A stretch of DNA of 64,000 nucleotides from Bdellovibrionota bacterium (GCA_041740355.1 JBGSMD010000009.1:1-64000); one strand, 5' to 3'. Numbered from the stretch's first letter, positions 29,592 to 41,340 are shown. The notes: generated by a model not told the origin, from the letters alone. Translations and numbers: made by a program.

Positions 29592-31403
29592 CTACAAGCG
29601 ATCTTTTCTCATGTTTGGAGAAAGATGTTTTTTTCGTAGGCGAACATTTTTAGGTGTAACTTCTACTAATTCATCCTCACGAATTAATTCGATAGCTCTT
29701 TCTAAGCTCATCTTAGTTACCGGAGTAAGTAAAATGTTATCATCCTTACCCGCCGTTCTCATGTTACTTAATTTCTTAGCTTTGCATGGGTTTACGTTAA
29801 GGTCATTATAACGAGCGTGCTCACCAATGATCATCCCTTCATAAACAGCATCCCCAGGACTAACTAACATTCTTCCACGATCTTCTAAATGGAATAAACC
29901 GTAAGCAACTGCTACACCAGCTCTATCAGAAACTAATGAGCCATTTTGACGACTTTCAAAATCTCCGCGGTATTCTTCATAACCTTCTACGTAAGAATTC
30001 AGCATACCGTTACCTTTGGTGTCTGTCATAAACTCATTACGGAATCCAATTAAAGCACGCGATGGTACAGAGAACTCTAAACGAACACGACCTGAACCAT
30101 GATTTACAAGGTTAGACATTCGCCCCTTACGCTTAGATAGCTTCTCACTAATTACACCAACGTGCTCTTCACCACAGTCAATCATCAAATGTTCAATTGG
30201 CTCAAGACGCAAGCCATTTTCTTCTTTGAAAATAATCTCTGGTCGACCAACCGTTAATTCAAAACCTTCACGACGCATAGTTTCAATTAAGATCGCCATT
30301 TGAAGTTCACCACGGCCTTTAACTACAAAAGAATCATCGTCTTCACTTTTTTCAATTTTAAGAGCTACGTTATAAAGCGACTCTTTCATTAAGCGATCAC
30401 CAATTTTTTGAGCTTGTACAATAGTACCTTCTTGACCACATAGCGGTGAAGTATTAGCAAAAAATTTCATGGATACAGTTGGTGGATCAATTAAAATTCT
30501 TGTAATGACTTTTGGATTTTCCGCTGAACAAATAGTATCTCCGATTTTGACATCTTCCATACCAGAAACTACTACAATTTCCCCCGCTGCCGCAGTTGTA
30601 TCTAATTTCTTAATACCGATTCCTTCATAAACCTGTACTACAACAGACTTAAGATTAGTTACTTGATCACTTTCATCAATTCTAGCTAATTTATCTCCGG
30701 GATTAATAACTCCATTAGAGATACGACCGATTGCTAATTTACCAAGAAACTCTGAATAACTAACGTTAGCTACAAGCAATCCAAAAGGCTCATTTTCGTC
30801 ATACTTAGGGGCTGGTAAGTAATTAATAATTTCATCAAAAAGCGGATCTAAATTGACGCTTTCATCAGTCAAATTACGCTTGGCAATACCCTCACGAGCA
30901 ATCGCGTAAAGCACTGGGAAATCTAATTGATCTTCATTAGCATCAAGATCAATAAACAAATCATAAATCTCATTTAATACTTCAGCAGGCCTGGCATCTT
31001 GGCGATCAATCTTGTTTAAAACAACAATAATCGGAAGACCTCTTTCTAAAGACTTCTTAAGTACGAATCGAGTTTGTGGAAGCGGACCTTCCGCAGCATC
31101 CACTAACAGAATAACTCCATCCACCATCATCAGAGCTCGCTCTACTTCACCACCGAAATCGGCGTGACCTGGCGTATCAAGAATATTGATCTTTGTTTTA
31201 CCGCGTTTTACGGAACAGTTCTTAGCGGTGATTGTAATCCCACGCTCTTTTTCTAAGTCACCACTATCCATGGCACGTTCTTCCACGTTTTGGTTTTCAC
31301 GGAACAATCCACTCTGTTTGAACAGAAAGTCTACTAAAGTTGTTTTCCCATGGTCAACGTGGGCAATAATGGCGATATTACGGATTTCTTCGTTTTGTTT
31401 CAC
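29592..31403 (-). CDS. typA: Translational GTPase TypA/BipA
   Basis: [52 protein letters not shown]; GTG start. Confidence 0.97.
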   Translation of the reverse strand: MKQNEEIRNIAIIAHVDHGKTTLVDFLFKQSGLFRENQNVEERAMDSGDLEKERGITITAKNCSVKRGKTKINILDTPGHADFGGEVERALMMVDGVILLVDAAEGPLPQTRFVLKKSLERGLPIIVVLNKIDRQDARPAEVLNEIYDLFIDLDANEDQLDFPVLYAIAREGIAKRNLTDESVNLDPLFDEIINYLPAPKYDENEPFGLLVANVSYSEFLGKLAIGRISNGVINPGDKLARIDESDQVTNLKSVVVQVYEGIGIKKLDTTAAAGEIVVVSGMEDVKIGDTICSAENPKVITRILIDPPTVSMKFFANTSPLCGQEGTIVQAQKIGDRLMKESLYNVALKIEKSEDDDSFVVKGRGELQMAILIETMRREGFELTVGRPEIIFKEENGLRLEPIEHLMIDCGEEHVGVISEKLSKRKGRMSNLVNHGSGRVRLEFSVPSRALIGFRNEFMTDTKGNGMLNSYVEGYEEYRGDFESRQNGSLVSDRAGVAVAYGLFHLEDRGRMLVSPGDAVYEGMIIGEHARYNDLNVNPCKAKKLSNMRTAGKDDNILLTPVTKMSLERAIELIREDELVEVTPKNVRLRKKHLSPNMRKDRL

Positions 31404-31610
31404 AGATAGTCAATTTTTAAAATGTTAGCGTCTGTACTTATTGGCACAGATTTTGCTTGCATCCTTTTATAATAATTCTTTAAGTAAGTAAAATTAAAGT
31501 CTTTTTAGTGGATCAACACTTTTTGAATGTGGTATTTTTTGCGTTTTCAAGAGCTTAGGATTATTATTAATCTTAGATAACTGCAGTCTAAGCATTCATT
31601 TCCAAATATT

Positions 31611-32777
31611 ATGGCTAAGCGCTCATCAATAATTCAACTAAAGGGCATTGTTCAAGAATATGATTGGGGCAAGGACTCCACATCTATCATCTCTGCAAAT
31701 TTTGGATACAAGTCTGCCTCAGGCAAATTCGCCGAGCTTTGGTTTGGCACGCATCCAAAGGCTCCAGCTATAATCTCTCAGACCAGCAAGAATTTATTAG
31801 AAGAAATTGAGACTTATCCTCAGATCCTAGGAACTAAAGTACTAGAAAAATTTGGTAAAAATCTTCCGTTCCTATTTAAATTATTATCTGTAAGTGAGGC
31901 TCTTTCAATCCAAGCACATCCCGATGGCGAGAGGGCCCCACTCCTACACGCTAAAGATCCGAGAAACTATCCTGACAAATTTCCAAAACCGGAAGTAGGT
32001 ATCGCCATTTCTCCAGTTAAATTACTTTATGGATTTAGACCGCTTACTGAAATTACTAATTTTTTGAATCCGGAACACAAAGATTTTGTACCTGAATATC
32101 AAGAAATACTTAAAAAACTAGCGGATCTTAGTTATCAAAAGATTTACCAAGAACTAGTAACCGCAGATCCAAACCTTGTTAAGCAAGCTTCAAAAAGTTT
32201 AATACTAAGACTTACCCAGAAAGAAGTGCCTTCTGAGTTAGAATTAGAAATCATCAAATTAAAAAAACAATATCCCGATGGAGATCTTGGAGTCTTCTGT
32301 TTTTATTTACTTAATTTTATTACGGTTCAACCAGGTGAGGCTCTCTATATCGATTCCAACATCCCACATGCTTACCTGAAAGGCGAACTATTAGAATGTA
32401 TGGCACCATCGGATAATGTAGTGCGCGGTGGTCTAACAAATAAATATATTGATCAAGAAACACTGCTTTCAATGCTAGATTTTCAAGAACATCAAGCAAA
32501 GATTTTAACAATCACTGGCAAATCTGATTTAAATTTCTACCAAACTCCCGATAATGGTTTTTTTAAGATTGGGAAATTTGCTAAGACAGTTGACCAGTTA
32601 TTTGCAACCGATGGAAATCCTCAATTGCTCTTCTGCTTATCTGGAGAAGCCAGTATCCTTATTGATTATGAAGTTTATCCAATCCCTCCTGGACAAGCGG
32701 TTTTGGTACCAGCGGACCTAAAAGATTTTCAAATCAAGACTAACGAGGCTGATTTATTTTTAGTCACTTACCATTAA
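31611..32777 (+). CDS. manA: Mannose-6-phosphate isomerase, class I
   Basis: YDWG, AELWFGTHP, LPFLFK, LSIQAHP, PHAYLKG, SDNVVRGGLT. Confidence 0.95.
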   Translation: MAKRSSIIQLKGIVQEYDWGKDSTSIISANFGYKSASGKFAELWFGTHPKAPAIISQTSKNLLEEIETYPQILGTKVLEKFGKNLPFLFKLLSVSEALSIQAHPDGERAPLLHAKDPRNYPDKFPKPEVGIAISPVKLLYGFRPLTEITNFLNPEHKDFVPEYQEILKKLADLSYQKIYQELVTADPNLVKQASKSLILRLTQKEVPSELELEIIKLKKQYPDGDLGVFCFYLLNFITVQPGEALYIDSNIPHAYLKGELLECMAPSDNVVRGGLTNKYIDQETLLSMLDFQEHQAKILTITGKSDLNFYQTPDNGFFKIGKFAKTVDQLFATDGNPQLLFCLSGEASILIDYEVYPIPPGQAVLVPADLKDFQIKTNEADLFLVTYH

Positions 32778-32854
32778 TCACTTATTGTTTAATTAATCCC
32801 GTGATTAATAAAAAATAGTTCCGAAGAATTAGTAAATCGCTTATAATCATAATA

Positions 32855-34354
32855 ATGCGGTTACCAAGGGATCTCCAAAATCAACTAGGCTTATCAACCT
32901 TCGGATTTCGTCGCCAATCACGGGAAGATCAACAAGTGATTGACCTTCGATTACAATTAACTGAGGCAATTGGACTTAGCATTAAAACATACCAAGTAAG
33001 TGATCCCAAGACCAAACAAAAGTTAAAAATATATGCGATCGAACTTCCCGATTTGGAAGAGAACCGCCAACTAGTGAAGGCTTTTAATTTGCGAAAAATT
33101 AATTTGATTCCCGATCAGATGGCTTTTTTTCGAATTATGAAAAGCCCGGCTGAATTTGATTATCGAATATCAAGTGATGAGGCCAATGAACTTTATCAAA
33201 AACTATTTATTGAATCTGTTAAGCCAGTTAATTTTTATCGGCATAAACTTAAATTTGTCGATTTGCAGGAATTACCTTTCATTTCAATCGACTCTGATGG
33301 AGTAAGAGACGAGCAGGATCTCCCAGTTTATGGTGATTATGATGATGTACTTTATGTTCGCTCTAAGCGCGATCACTTTGAAGTCTACGTTGGATTTGCT
33401 GACATTACCCCCTACTTTAATCTGAGTTTAGATGATCCTTTAATTAGAAATGCTAGTCGTTTTGGATACACACTCTATGGTAGTCATGGTCACCAACCAA
33501 TGATTGGAGATAATGTCGAAAAAGAAACTAGCTTACTAGAGGGGCAAGCTCGGTTTGCCTGGATTATCAAATTCCAAATTCCTCTAACCGGAACAATTGA
33601 TTTAAAAAAAGTAAAAATCTTTCGTGCCAAAATAATTAATCGCAGGCAATTAGATTTTTATCATGAACCACAACAAGTTAGCGATTTAATCCTGCGAACA
33701 AATCTAGAAAACATTCGAATTGTGGGATCGTTTATTCAGAATCGTAATAACCCAGAGTTTCTAGATAAGCTGGCCTATTTAGAACTTTCAAATTATCAAC
33801 AGACTAATAACTCAAATGCGGTGCGAGAACTGATGACTTTTACTCGTCACTTAATGGGTAAATATGCTGTGAACAAAGGACTTCCCGGAATTTATCGTAT
33901 CCAAGCTTTTAATCCCACACCTGATCAACTTGGAAAATGGATTGAGAAATTTAATGCCGAGGGATATTTAGCCAAACCTTCAGATCTCACTTCCCCCCAA
34001 CGTCTATCTCGTTTAATTTTATCAATGGCAAATAGTAATAATCCAAAACTTATCAGTCTTAGTGCTGATTTCTTTGCTTACTTAACAGGTCAGTCTGTTT
34101 ACTCGACAACTCCCGCAATTCATGGCGACTTAAATTTTGAGCCCTACATGGACATTAAAGGACTAAGAAAACTTGTGGGATTAGTTAACCAAATGATTTT
34201 TAGTGCAGATTTTGATCCCGAGCATACGCCCAAAATAGATCCTCAAGTTGTGGAGAAAATTTGTGCTCGGGCAAATGCAGCTAAGTCTGTAATTGATTTA
34301 AACAGTGCTTACCTAAACTTTCTTCAAAATAGAATTCTGCGAAGGGAAGATTAA
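32855..34354 (+). CDS. Divergent RNB-domain (RNase II/R-like) protein
   Basis: ISIDSDG…DYDD, VGFADIT, TLY, SLLEGQAR, ELM, GIYRIQ, HGDL. Confidence 0.65.
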   Translation: MRLPRDLQNQLGLSTFGFRRQSREDQQVIDLRLQLTEAIGLSIKTYQVSDPKTKQKLKIYAIELPDLEENRQLVKAFNLRKINLIPDQMAFFRIMKSPAEFDYRISSDEANELYQKLFIESVKPVNFYRHKLKFVDLQELPFISIDSDGVRDEQDLPVYGDYDDVLYVRSKRDHFEVYVGFADITPYFNLSLDDPLIRNASRFGYTLYGSHGHQPMIGDNVEKETSLLEGQARFAWIIKFQIPLTGTIDLKKVKIFRAKIINRRQLDFYHEPQQVSDLILRTNLENIRIVGSFIQNRNNPEFLDKLAYLELSNYQQTNNSNAVRELMTFTRHLMGKYAVNKGLPGIYRIQAFNPTPDQLGKWIEKFNAEGYLAKPSDLTSPQRLSRLILSMANSNNPKLISLSADFFAYLTGQSVYSTTPAIHGDLNFEPYMDIKGLRKLVGLVNQMIFSADFDPEHTPKIDPQVVEKICARANAAKSVIDLNSAYLNFLQNRILRRED

Positions 34355-34388
34355 TCTAGCGAGATTTGCAAAGCAAATCTCGCTAGAT
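34354..34388. terminator. Perfect hairpin between convergent genes
   Basis: ATCTAGCGAGATTTGC-AAA-GCAAATCTCGCTAGAT. Confidence 0.7.
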
Positions 34389-34395
34389 AATTTAA

Positions 34396-35733
34396 TTATG
34401 GAGTTACATCTAAACGAGAAGCGGCAGATTTTTCTTCCTGAACTTTACCTAGGTATTTAGGCAGATCAATCCCTGCCATTCCGGCGACATCATGGAGAGC
34501 AGGTAAAGAATTAACCATACTGCTCATAAAGTTAGCAGTAGAGCTTCCCTTTTCACTATTACCACTATCCCAAACAGTAATCTTATCAATTTTAATATTT
34601 CGAATAGCTTCAGTTTGAAGTTTTACAATCTCTTCTAATTTCTCAACAAGAAGCATTGTCGCTGCTTCTTTTGGATCATTAGAACAGGCCAAAACAAGTC
34701 GCTTGTAACCTTCTGCTTTAGCATCAAGAACTTTCTGAATACCTTCTGCTGTAGCAGTTTGAACCAACAAGATAGAATCGGCCTCCCCGGAAGCTTCCTT
34801 CCGAAGTTTTTGAGCTTCAGCTTCAGCTTGGATTTCAATTTTACGTTTATCTATTTCCATTTGAACAATCTCTTCAGCTTCCAACCGACGATGTTCTGCT
34901 TTAGCTTTTTCAATTTGAATTTCAGTGATTGCTTTTTGATTGGCGACTTCACCTTTCTGATGGGCAATAGCTTCACGCTCTTCTAATTCGGCATTGTAAT
35001 CGGCAATCTTAGCTTTAGCGTTATTTTCTCCTTCAACTGCTTGCGAATCAAACATGGCAACTTGAACGCGACGATCGCGGTCGGCTTCAGACTTACCAAT
35101 TTCTCCTTTCTTCTCTTGTTCGGCAACGTCGATTTTAGCTTGGTTAATTGCTGTTGCCGCGGCTTTCTTACCAATACTCTCAATATAACCAGACTCGTCA
35201 GTAATATCCGTAATGTTTACGTTAATTAAATATAAACCAATCTTACGAAGTTCCGGATCAATATTGTTTTTAATTGACTCTAAAAATCTTTCCCGATCTT
35301 GGTTAATTTCTTCAATTCGTAGAGAAGCAATTGTTAAACGAAGCTGACCAAAAATAATTTCATTTGCCATTAACTCAATTTCACGAGGCCCTAAATCAAG
35401 CAATCGAACAGCAGCATTGTTCATGGTCTCACGACTAGTATCAACTGCGATTGTAAAGGTGCTAGGTACGTTCACCCGAATATTCTGTAAGGACAGCGCG
35501 CCTTTTAGAGGAATATTAATTGTTAATGGTGTTAAATCCAAAAATGAAGCTTGTTGAATTAAAGGCCAAACAAATGTAGCGCCCCCATGATAACATTTAA
35601 CAGCTTGTCCTTCTCCAACCTTACCTTGGACCACAAGAATTTGGTTACCTGGACAACGAACATAGCGCGAGGCAACAAACACAATAAAAACAAATGCAAT
35701 TACAACAAATCCAACAATTAACCAAAGAGTCAT
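34396..35733 (-). CDS. Flotillin (SPFH) family protein
   Basis: N-terminal TM, GGATFVWP, SPFH domain, Ala/Glu coiled coil, IDKITVWD. Confidence 0.93.
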   Translation of the reverse strand: MTLWLIVGFVVIAFVFIVFVASRYVRCPGNQILVVQGKVGEGQAVKCYHGGATFVWPLIQQASFLDLTPLTINIPLKGALSLQNIRVNVPSTFTIAVDTSRETMNNAAVRLLDLGPREIELMANEIIFGQLRLTIASLRIEEINQDRERFLESIKNNIDPELRKIGLYLINVNITDITDESGYIESIGKKAAATAINQAKIDVAEQEKKGEIGKSEADRDRRVQVAMFDSQAVEGENNAKAKIADYNAELEEREAIAHQKGEVANQKAITEIQIEKAKAEHRRLEAEEIVQMEIDKRKIEIQAEAEAQKLRKEASGEADSILLVQTATAEGIQKVLDAKAEGYKRLVLACSNDPKEAATMLLVEKLEEIVKLQTEAIRNIKIDKITVWDSGNSEKGSSTANFMSSMVNSLPALHDVAGMAGIDLPKYLGKVQEEKSAASRLDVTP

Positions 35734-35797
35734 TTTTTTTCCTTAAAGTCACCGTTTAGCCTTTGGCGAATCTCGAAAGAAAATATTTAGCAAAATA

Positions 35798-35829
35798 CTT
35801 CCACCTTCGCAAAAGCTACGGAGGACAGG
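35798..35829 (-). repeat. REP-like repeat
   Basis: CTTCCACCTTCGCAAAAGCTACGGAGGACAGG is the reverse of the family consensus. Confidence 0.7.
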
Positions 35830-35953
35830 CTGTTGTACTTCTAGTACACCTGCGTTTTTGTTAAATATTTAAATTCGACCTTCACTCAAACTCTAATCGG
35901 TTAAGTTTTATGCAAGCTATTCAACCTAGCGCTAAAAGCTTACTGTTTAAAAT

Positions 35954-36535
35954 TTATTTTTCTGTAGGTAAGACTTTTACCGAAACAGTATCAGGACTTA
36001 ATAAGCTGACAACTTCAACTTTCTGATGTGAGGCTATTTCTATCCCCTCAGCACTACTTGCATCCATTTCTCTAATTAATCCACCGACATTTATTTGAAT
36101 TCGACCTGTGCCTTCCACAGGAATTCGTGAATATACTTCGGCCGAAAGCCCGATTATATCTTTCTCTGAAAATTCGGCTCCGCCACTGTGCAATTTCATG
36201 GCATATTTAAAAACCATGGCGATGATCAAGACTGCAATCACACCAATTACAATTGCTAAAATGACAGCTGCTGCCAAGCTCAACTGATACTGTTTGATAG
36301 CAACTAATCCACCCCAACCAAACATCATTAAGAAAGTAGTGATTCCAGTAAGTGATAAGAACTTAAAAGCAATTATTGCCCCAGCATTATCTAAACCATG
36401 CAGATCACTACCATCATCAATGTCAATATTGAATTGGTCCCCCATTCCTAAAAACATTGCAGCAGTTTTTAAGATAAAAAATGTCGATCCGACAACTGCC
36501 GAGATCCAAAAAATTGTTTCTAGATTAAATTCCAT
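35954..36535 (-). CDS. NfeD-like (short form) flotillin partner
   Basis: Three TM helices plus a C-terminal OB fold (VYSRIP…GRIQI); lies upstream of the flotillin gene. Confidence 0.85.
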   Translation of the reverse strand: MEFNLETIFWISAVVGSTFFILKTAAMFLGMGDQFNIDIDDGSDLHGLDNAGAIIAFKFLSLTGITTFLMMFGWGGLVAIKQYQLSLAAAVILAIVIGVIAVLIIAMVFKYAMKLHSGGAEFSEKDIIGLSAEVYSRIPVEGTGRIQINVGGLIREMDASSAEGIEIASHQKVEVVSLLSPDTVSVKVLPTEK

Positions 36536-36689
36536 GAATAGCCTTATAACACATTAGCCATTTTAGATGTAAGAACTATTTAACGGGATTCAGAATTAGA
36601 TAGTAGCGCTAAGTTATTGAAACTAGGCATTAAACAAAGAAGCCAAAAAGCGGAAATCTACTCTCTTTTCTTTATAAATATAAAAGAAA

Positions 36690-37664
36690 TTATTTAATTC
36701 CTGAAATTAGAATATTAGAACGGTTCAGAATTGTAGGTAGTTCTTCAAACTTCACAATTAAAGGATCGCTATTCGGGCTGATGTTAATCACGGCGGATCC
36801 ACCAAATCCCAGACTGCGGTTAAGGAATAAGAAAATCTCTTCGGTACTTAATCCAGACTGCAATTCTGTCATTTCGAAGTTTCTGATCGGCATAATATTC
36901 TGCTTAACAAAATACTTACTACCTTTAAGAATCGATCGCTCTTGATCTTCTCGATCAATTGTTTCTAAAACAGAATGACGTTCAAATTCAAAGGTAGCGG
37001 AATCAGCTTTCAACCATTCTTTACTAAAACTTGCCTTAATAAAATCATTATTTAGAGGACTTTCTCTTTGAGAAACAGTCTCTTGTTGGATTGTAGAATA
37101 AAACTGACGCGCAAAAATAAAATTACAATTTGTAATAGCTACTCGATCAAAATCAGAGCAGTCTAGATAAATAGCATCTGCCAAATTAAAGACTCCTTTC
37201 TCCAGTGAGCGGTCAAATAGACGAGTAGTTCCAGAAATAACAACTTCAAGTTCTGAAAATCTAGTAGCTAACCATCTTGCTAACCAAGCCGCACTAGCAC
37301 TTTCCGCCTCGCGGGAGTATGAATAACCGGCATCAATTTCTAATACCCTTAACCTACCATCTGGTGCTAAATTACCTTCATTCTTAGCCGTAACAAAGTT
37401 TTCAAATAATTTTTCTAAAATTAGTTGATCATGTTCTCGCACTCCACTTCTAATCGAGAATTCACCACTATCAATTGAATAACCAGCATTAATTTTGTAC
37501 TCAGCTAATTTTTTTTCGATAATTGGAAGGTACTGATTACAAAAAGGAATAAAGTCTTCATTATACAGAGCGATTAAATGAGAGGAATCGGTAATATCTG
37601 AAAATTTTGGAATGGATGTTAAGGGAGATTTGCTGAGTAGAGAATGATCTGGCAATACAAACAT
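36690..37664 (-). CDS. Hypothetical protein (possible degenerate Rossmann/methyltransferase fold)
   Basis: Long ORF; LRVLEIDAG resembles SAM motif I. Confidence 0.55.
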   Translation of the reverse strand: MFVLPDHSLLSKSPLTSIPKFSDITDSSHLIALYNEDFIPFCNQYLPIIEKKLAEYKINAGYSIDSGEFSIRSGVREHDQLILEKLFENFVTAKNEGNLAPDGRLRVLEIDAGYSYSREAESASAAWLARWLATRFSELEVVISGTTRLFDRSLEKGVFNLADAIYLDCSDFDRVAITNCNFIFARQFYSTIQQETVSQRESPLNNDFIKASFSKEWLKADSATFEFERHSVLETIDREDQERSILKGSKYFVKQNIMPIRNFEMTELQSGLSTEEIFLFLNRSLGFGGSAVINISPNSDPLIVKFEELPTILNRSNILISGIK

Positions 37665-37734
37665 TTACAACTTGTTACTAAACTACATTGTAAAATATAT
37701 TTTATTTAAGGAGCTTAATCAAATATAATTTAAG

Positions 37735-38061
37735 TTAATACTTAAAAATTCGATGGGGTCTTCGTAAATCTAAATCTGCCTGCTCAATTAGCTCTGGTCC
37801 ATGTGTACCAAAACAAACTTTGCCTTTTGGCAGTTGCTTAAGATCGTTTATGGTATCAGCTTGCACATGCGCTCTGATTTCAGGCAATAACTTTCCATCG
37901 ATCCCAAAAGTTAGAGTAGCGAAGCCACTAGGTTTCTCAACGGTAAGGATTATTTCACCCGCAGAATTTCGAGGCTCTGCTCGAAATTTAAGTCCTGTTC
38001 TTGAAACTTTAGTGAATGATGATATTGAAAGGCAAACAACTGCCTCTGCTAACTTACTCAT
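37735..38061 (-). CDS. Hypothetical protein
   Basis: 108-aa ORF with ATG start in otherwise unoccupied space. Confidence 0.55.
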   Translation of the reverse strand: MSKLAEAVVCLSISSFTKVSRTGLKFRAEPRNSAGEIILTVEKPSGFATLTFGIDGKLLPEIRAHVQADTINDLKQLPKGKVCFGTHGPELIEQADLDLRRPHRIFKY

Positions 38062-38163
38062 ATAATTATATTATTACTATTTAAAGGAAATTGTTTCTGA
38101 TTCTGAACTATGAAGAATAGTTGCAATCTTAAAACGTGAGACAGTATATCTTAATTTAATTCC

Positions 38164-39210
38164 TTAACCAATGGCTAGCATCCTTTCCACTGATCTTAGC
38201 GCTCTAATCCTAATATCCTCCGGAATGGTAATAACGGTCTTGTTATGTTCTAAGGCATAGAGGGTGTCTTCCAAAGTAATTTGGTTCATATGGGGGCATC
38301 TGACATGACACATGCGTAGTGCTTCCTTATCTGGATTATCAGCAATAATATTATCCCCCATGCTACATTCTGTTAAAATCAAAAATCTACTTGCCGGGGA
38401 ATTTTTAACGTAAGAATTCATCACACTGGTACTACCACTAAAATCAGAGGCTGCAACTACTTCAGGTCGGGATTCCGGATGTGTAATTACGACAACATCG
38501 GGATATTGCTTTCGCGCTATCTGAATATCTTCAACTGTGAATTTATCATGTACCTCGCAACACCCCTTCCACCCAATAATCGAAACTCCATCTTTCAGTT
38601 CAGGATAATTGTGAGGACTAGCAATTGCTACTTTACGGCCTAATTCCTCGGCAACATTTTTAGCAAGATACTCATCTGGTAAGAAGATTATTGCTTGATC
38701 TCCCAGAGACTGAACAAGTTTCACGGCATTTCCTGAGGTACAACAATAATCAATTTCTGCTTTTACATCGGCATAAGTATTCACATAGGCTACGATTGGC
38801 AGGCCTGGATAAGCGACTCTTAAATCACGAACATCCTGAGCCGTAATAGCAGCAGCTAATGAACAACCAGCCTTACCTCTTGTTGGTAACAAAACGGTTT
38901 TGTTTGGATTCAAAATCTTGGCTGTCTCGGCCATAAAGCGAACGCCACAAAAAATAATAATATCAGCTGTAGTTTTGGCGGCTTCCCTGGAAAGCTGTAA
39001 GGAGTCCCCTACTATGTCAGGAATAGTATGAAAAAGAGCAGGCTCCATATAATTGTGACCCAGGATCACTACATTCTTCTCTTTCTTTAATTGATTGATC
39101 TTAAAAACCAGTTCTGCTTTGTAAGGAATTTCAATCTCAGGAACAACACGAGATAATTTTTTAAGCATTTGTTCTTTAGTTTCTGCTAGAGTGCTACAAT
39201 TAATACCCAT
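38164..39210 (-). CDS. nadA: Quinolinate synthase
   Basis: GHNYM, VGDSL, FCGVRFMAETAK, AGCSLA, CTSGNA, CEVH, CPHM. Confidence 0.97.
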   Translation of the reverse strand: MGINCSTLAETKEQMLKKLSRVVPEIEIPYKAELVFKINQLKKEKNVVILGHNYMEPALFHTIPDIVGDSLQLSREAAKTTADIIIFCGVRFMAETAKILNPNKTVLLPTRGKAGCSLAAAITAQDVRDLRVAYPGLPIVAYVNTYADVKAEIDYCCTSGNAVKLVQSLGDQAIIFLPDEYLAKNVAEELGRKVAIASPHNYPELKDGVSIIGWKGCCEVHDKFTVEDIQIARKQYPDVVVITHPESRPEVVAASDFSGSTSVMNSYVKNSPASRFLILTECSMGDNIIADNPDKEALRMCHVRCPHMNQITLEDTLYALEHNKTVITIPEDIRIRALRSVERMLAIG

Positions 39211-39332
39211 GGATTTTATAAATTGAAAAGTTTAGTTAAATTTACAGTCTAGTAGATTGCATTTAGTGGGATAGACCCAAAATGCTAAGTGTTTTATATT
39301 TATATTTACGATTTTAATTTAATTAGTAAACT

Positions 39333-40934
39333 TTGTCCAAAGTAAGTAACTCATATTCTAATTATAATTTCCTTGTTATTGGTGGCGGAATAGCTGGGCT
39401 TTCTTACGCCCTAAAAGTCGCTGAACACGGAACCGTGGCAGTACTATTTAAAAAATCTACTAAGGAATCATCCACGGCCTGGGCTCAAGGCGGAATTGCC
39501 GCGGTTCAAACCGAAGACGACTCTTTCGAATTACACATTCAAGATACAATTAATGCCGGTGCTGGATTAGTTAATCCCGAGATTGCCCGAATTGTTGTTT
39601 CAGAGGGGCCCGAAAGAGTTCAAGAATTAATTGATTTTGGAGCTAATTTTGATCGTTTAGCTGATAGTGCTTGCTATGAATTACATCAGGAAGGTGGACA
39701 CTCCACAAGAAGAATTTTGCATAATGCTGATGCCACTGGTTGGGAAATTCAAAAAACTTTACTAGCTGCTTGCGAAAAAAACTCCAACATCAATTTTTTT
39801 CCAAATTACAATGCAGTAGATTTAATCACTACACACAAACTTAACTTTGAAACAAACCTGAATAATCGAGTTCTAGGTGCTTATGTCTTAAATCCCGAAG
39901 GGCATGTCGAAATCTTCACTGCGGAAAGAGTCTTGATGGCTACAGGGGGCGCTGGAAAAGTTTATCTTTACACATCAAATCCTGATGTAGCTTCAGGAGA
40001 TGGAATCGCCATGTGCTACCGTGCCGGGGTGTCAGTTGCCAACATGGAATTCTTTCAATTTCACCCAACTTGTCTTTATCATCCACAAGCTAAATCATTC
40101 TTAATTACCGAGGCAATGCGTGGTGAAGGCGCAATCTTAACAAGAATTAATGGCAAGCGATTTATGGATCAATATTCCTCGCAGGCTGAGCTGGCACCAA
40201 GAGATATTGTAGCACGAGCGATTGATAATGAAATGAAAGCTCATGGAGAAGATCATGTATTATTAGATATTCGACATCGAGGTGAGGATTTCATTAAAGA
40301 ACACTTCCCTAACATTTATGAAAACTGTTTAAATTTTGGAATTGATATTACGAAACAAGCGATTCCTGTTGTTCCAGCAGCACACTATTGTTGCGGAGGG
40401 GTGGTAGTAGATGAAAACTCCGCCACAACTATTGAAAATTTGTATGTGGCTGGTGAAGCTTCTCACACCGGACTTCATGGAGCAAACCGGCTAGCCTCGA
40501 ATTCCTTACTGGAAGGTTTAGTTTTTGCTCATCGAGCTGCTATACGCTCAATTGAAAATTTGGAAAGTAAAGGAGATTGCCCTAGCATACCTACCTGGAA
40601 TATTGGTACAGCCAAAGATAGTAATGAAGCTGTTGTAATCACTCAAAACTGGGATGAGATTCGCCGATTTATGTGGAATTTTGTGGGAATCGTTCGTAGT
40701 GATAAAAGATTAGAGCGAGCCCTAGAAAGAAGTAACTTACTTGAAAGAGAAATTAAACAATACTACTGGGATTTTAAATTAACTTCTGATCTACTTGAGC
40801 TAAGAAATCTTAGCCTGGTTGCAAACTTAGTTATTCGTTCGGCGATGCTTAGAAAAGAAAGCCGCGGACTTCATTATAACATAGACCACCTAGCAACATT
40901 AGATAATCTACAAAGTGATACAGTTTTAAATTAA
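39333..40934 (+). CDS. nadB: L-aspartate oxidase
   Basis: GGGIAGL, WAQGGIA, EGGHS, QFHPT, LAPRDIVARAI, HGANRLASNSL, ESRGLH; divergent from nadA. Confidence 0.97.
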   Translation: MSKVSNSYSNYNFLVIGGGIAGLSYALKVAEHGTVAVLFKKSTKESSTAWAQGGIAAVQTEDDSFELHIQDTINAGAGLVNPEIARIVVSEGPERVQELIDFGANFDRLADSACYELHQEGGHSTRRILHNADATGWEIQKTLLAACEKNSNINFFPNYNAVDLITTHKLNFETNLNNRVLGAYVLNPEGHVEIFTAERVLMATGGAGKVYLYTSNPDVASGDGIAMCYRAGVSVANMEFFQFHPTCLYHPQAKSFLITEAMRGEGAILTRINGKRFMDQYSSQAELAPRDIVARAIDNEMKAHGEDHVLLDIRHRGEDFIKEHFPNIYENCLNFGIDITKQAIPVVPAAHYCCGGVVVDENSATTIENLYVAGEASHTGLHGANRLASNSLLEGLVFAHRAAIRSIENLESKGDCPSIPTWNIGTAKDSNEAVVITQNWDEIRRFMWNFVGIVRSDKRLERALERSNLLEREIKQYYWDFKLTSDLLELRNLSLVANLVIRSAMLRKESRGLHYNIDHLATLDNLQSDTVLN

Positions 40935-41086
40935 GCCAATTCTTAATTTGGTTTAATTTTTTAAACAGCTGAAAATTAGTAAATCCAAGAATAAATTTCC
41001 TATAAAAACTTACACTGACTGCTTATAGCTTAATCTAGGAACGAAAATAATCATGAATTATATTAATGACAAAAAATAATTTACTG

Positions 41087-41195
41087 CCTGCCTAGCCGAA
41101 GCTTCAGCGAAGGCTGGTTAGTAAATTAAAGATGGTCACTAAAGCTAAAGTAAATCTTGGATTCCTGCTTCGCCAAAACAAAAGCTACGACGGAT
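41087..41195. repeat. Two REP-like repeats in opposite orientation
   Basis: CCTAGCCGAAGCTTCAGCGAAGGCTGG and CTTCGCCAAAACAAAAGCTACGACGGATA. Confidence 0.7.
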
Positions 41196-41340
41196 ATAGT
41201 TATGACAAAAAGTAATTTCCGAATATTGAAAAGTTAGTTTTGTGATTTTTATCATAACTATATGATTTTATTGTCCCTCTGGGGGATAGTGAACCCCAAA
41301 AAGTAATTCCCTACGGAAATTACTTTTTGGACTCACTATA
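41195..41340 (+). mobile_element. ~145-bp MITE-like element, copy 2
   Basis: Same TIRs and internal blocks as 7064-7208. Confidence 0.75.
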
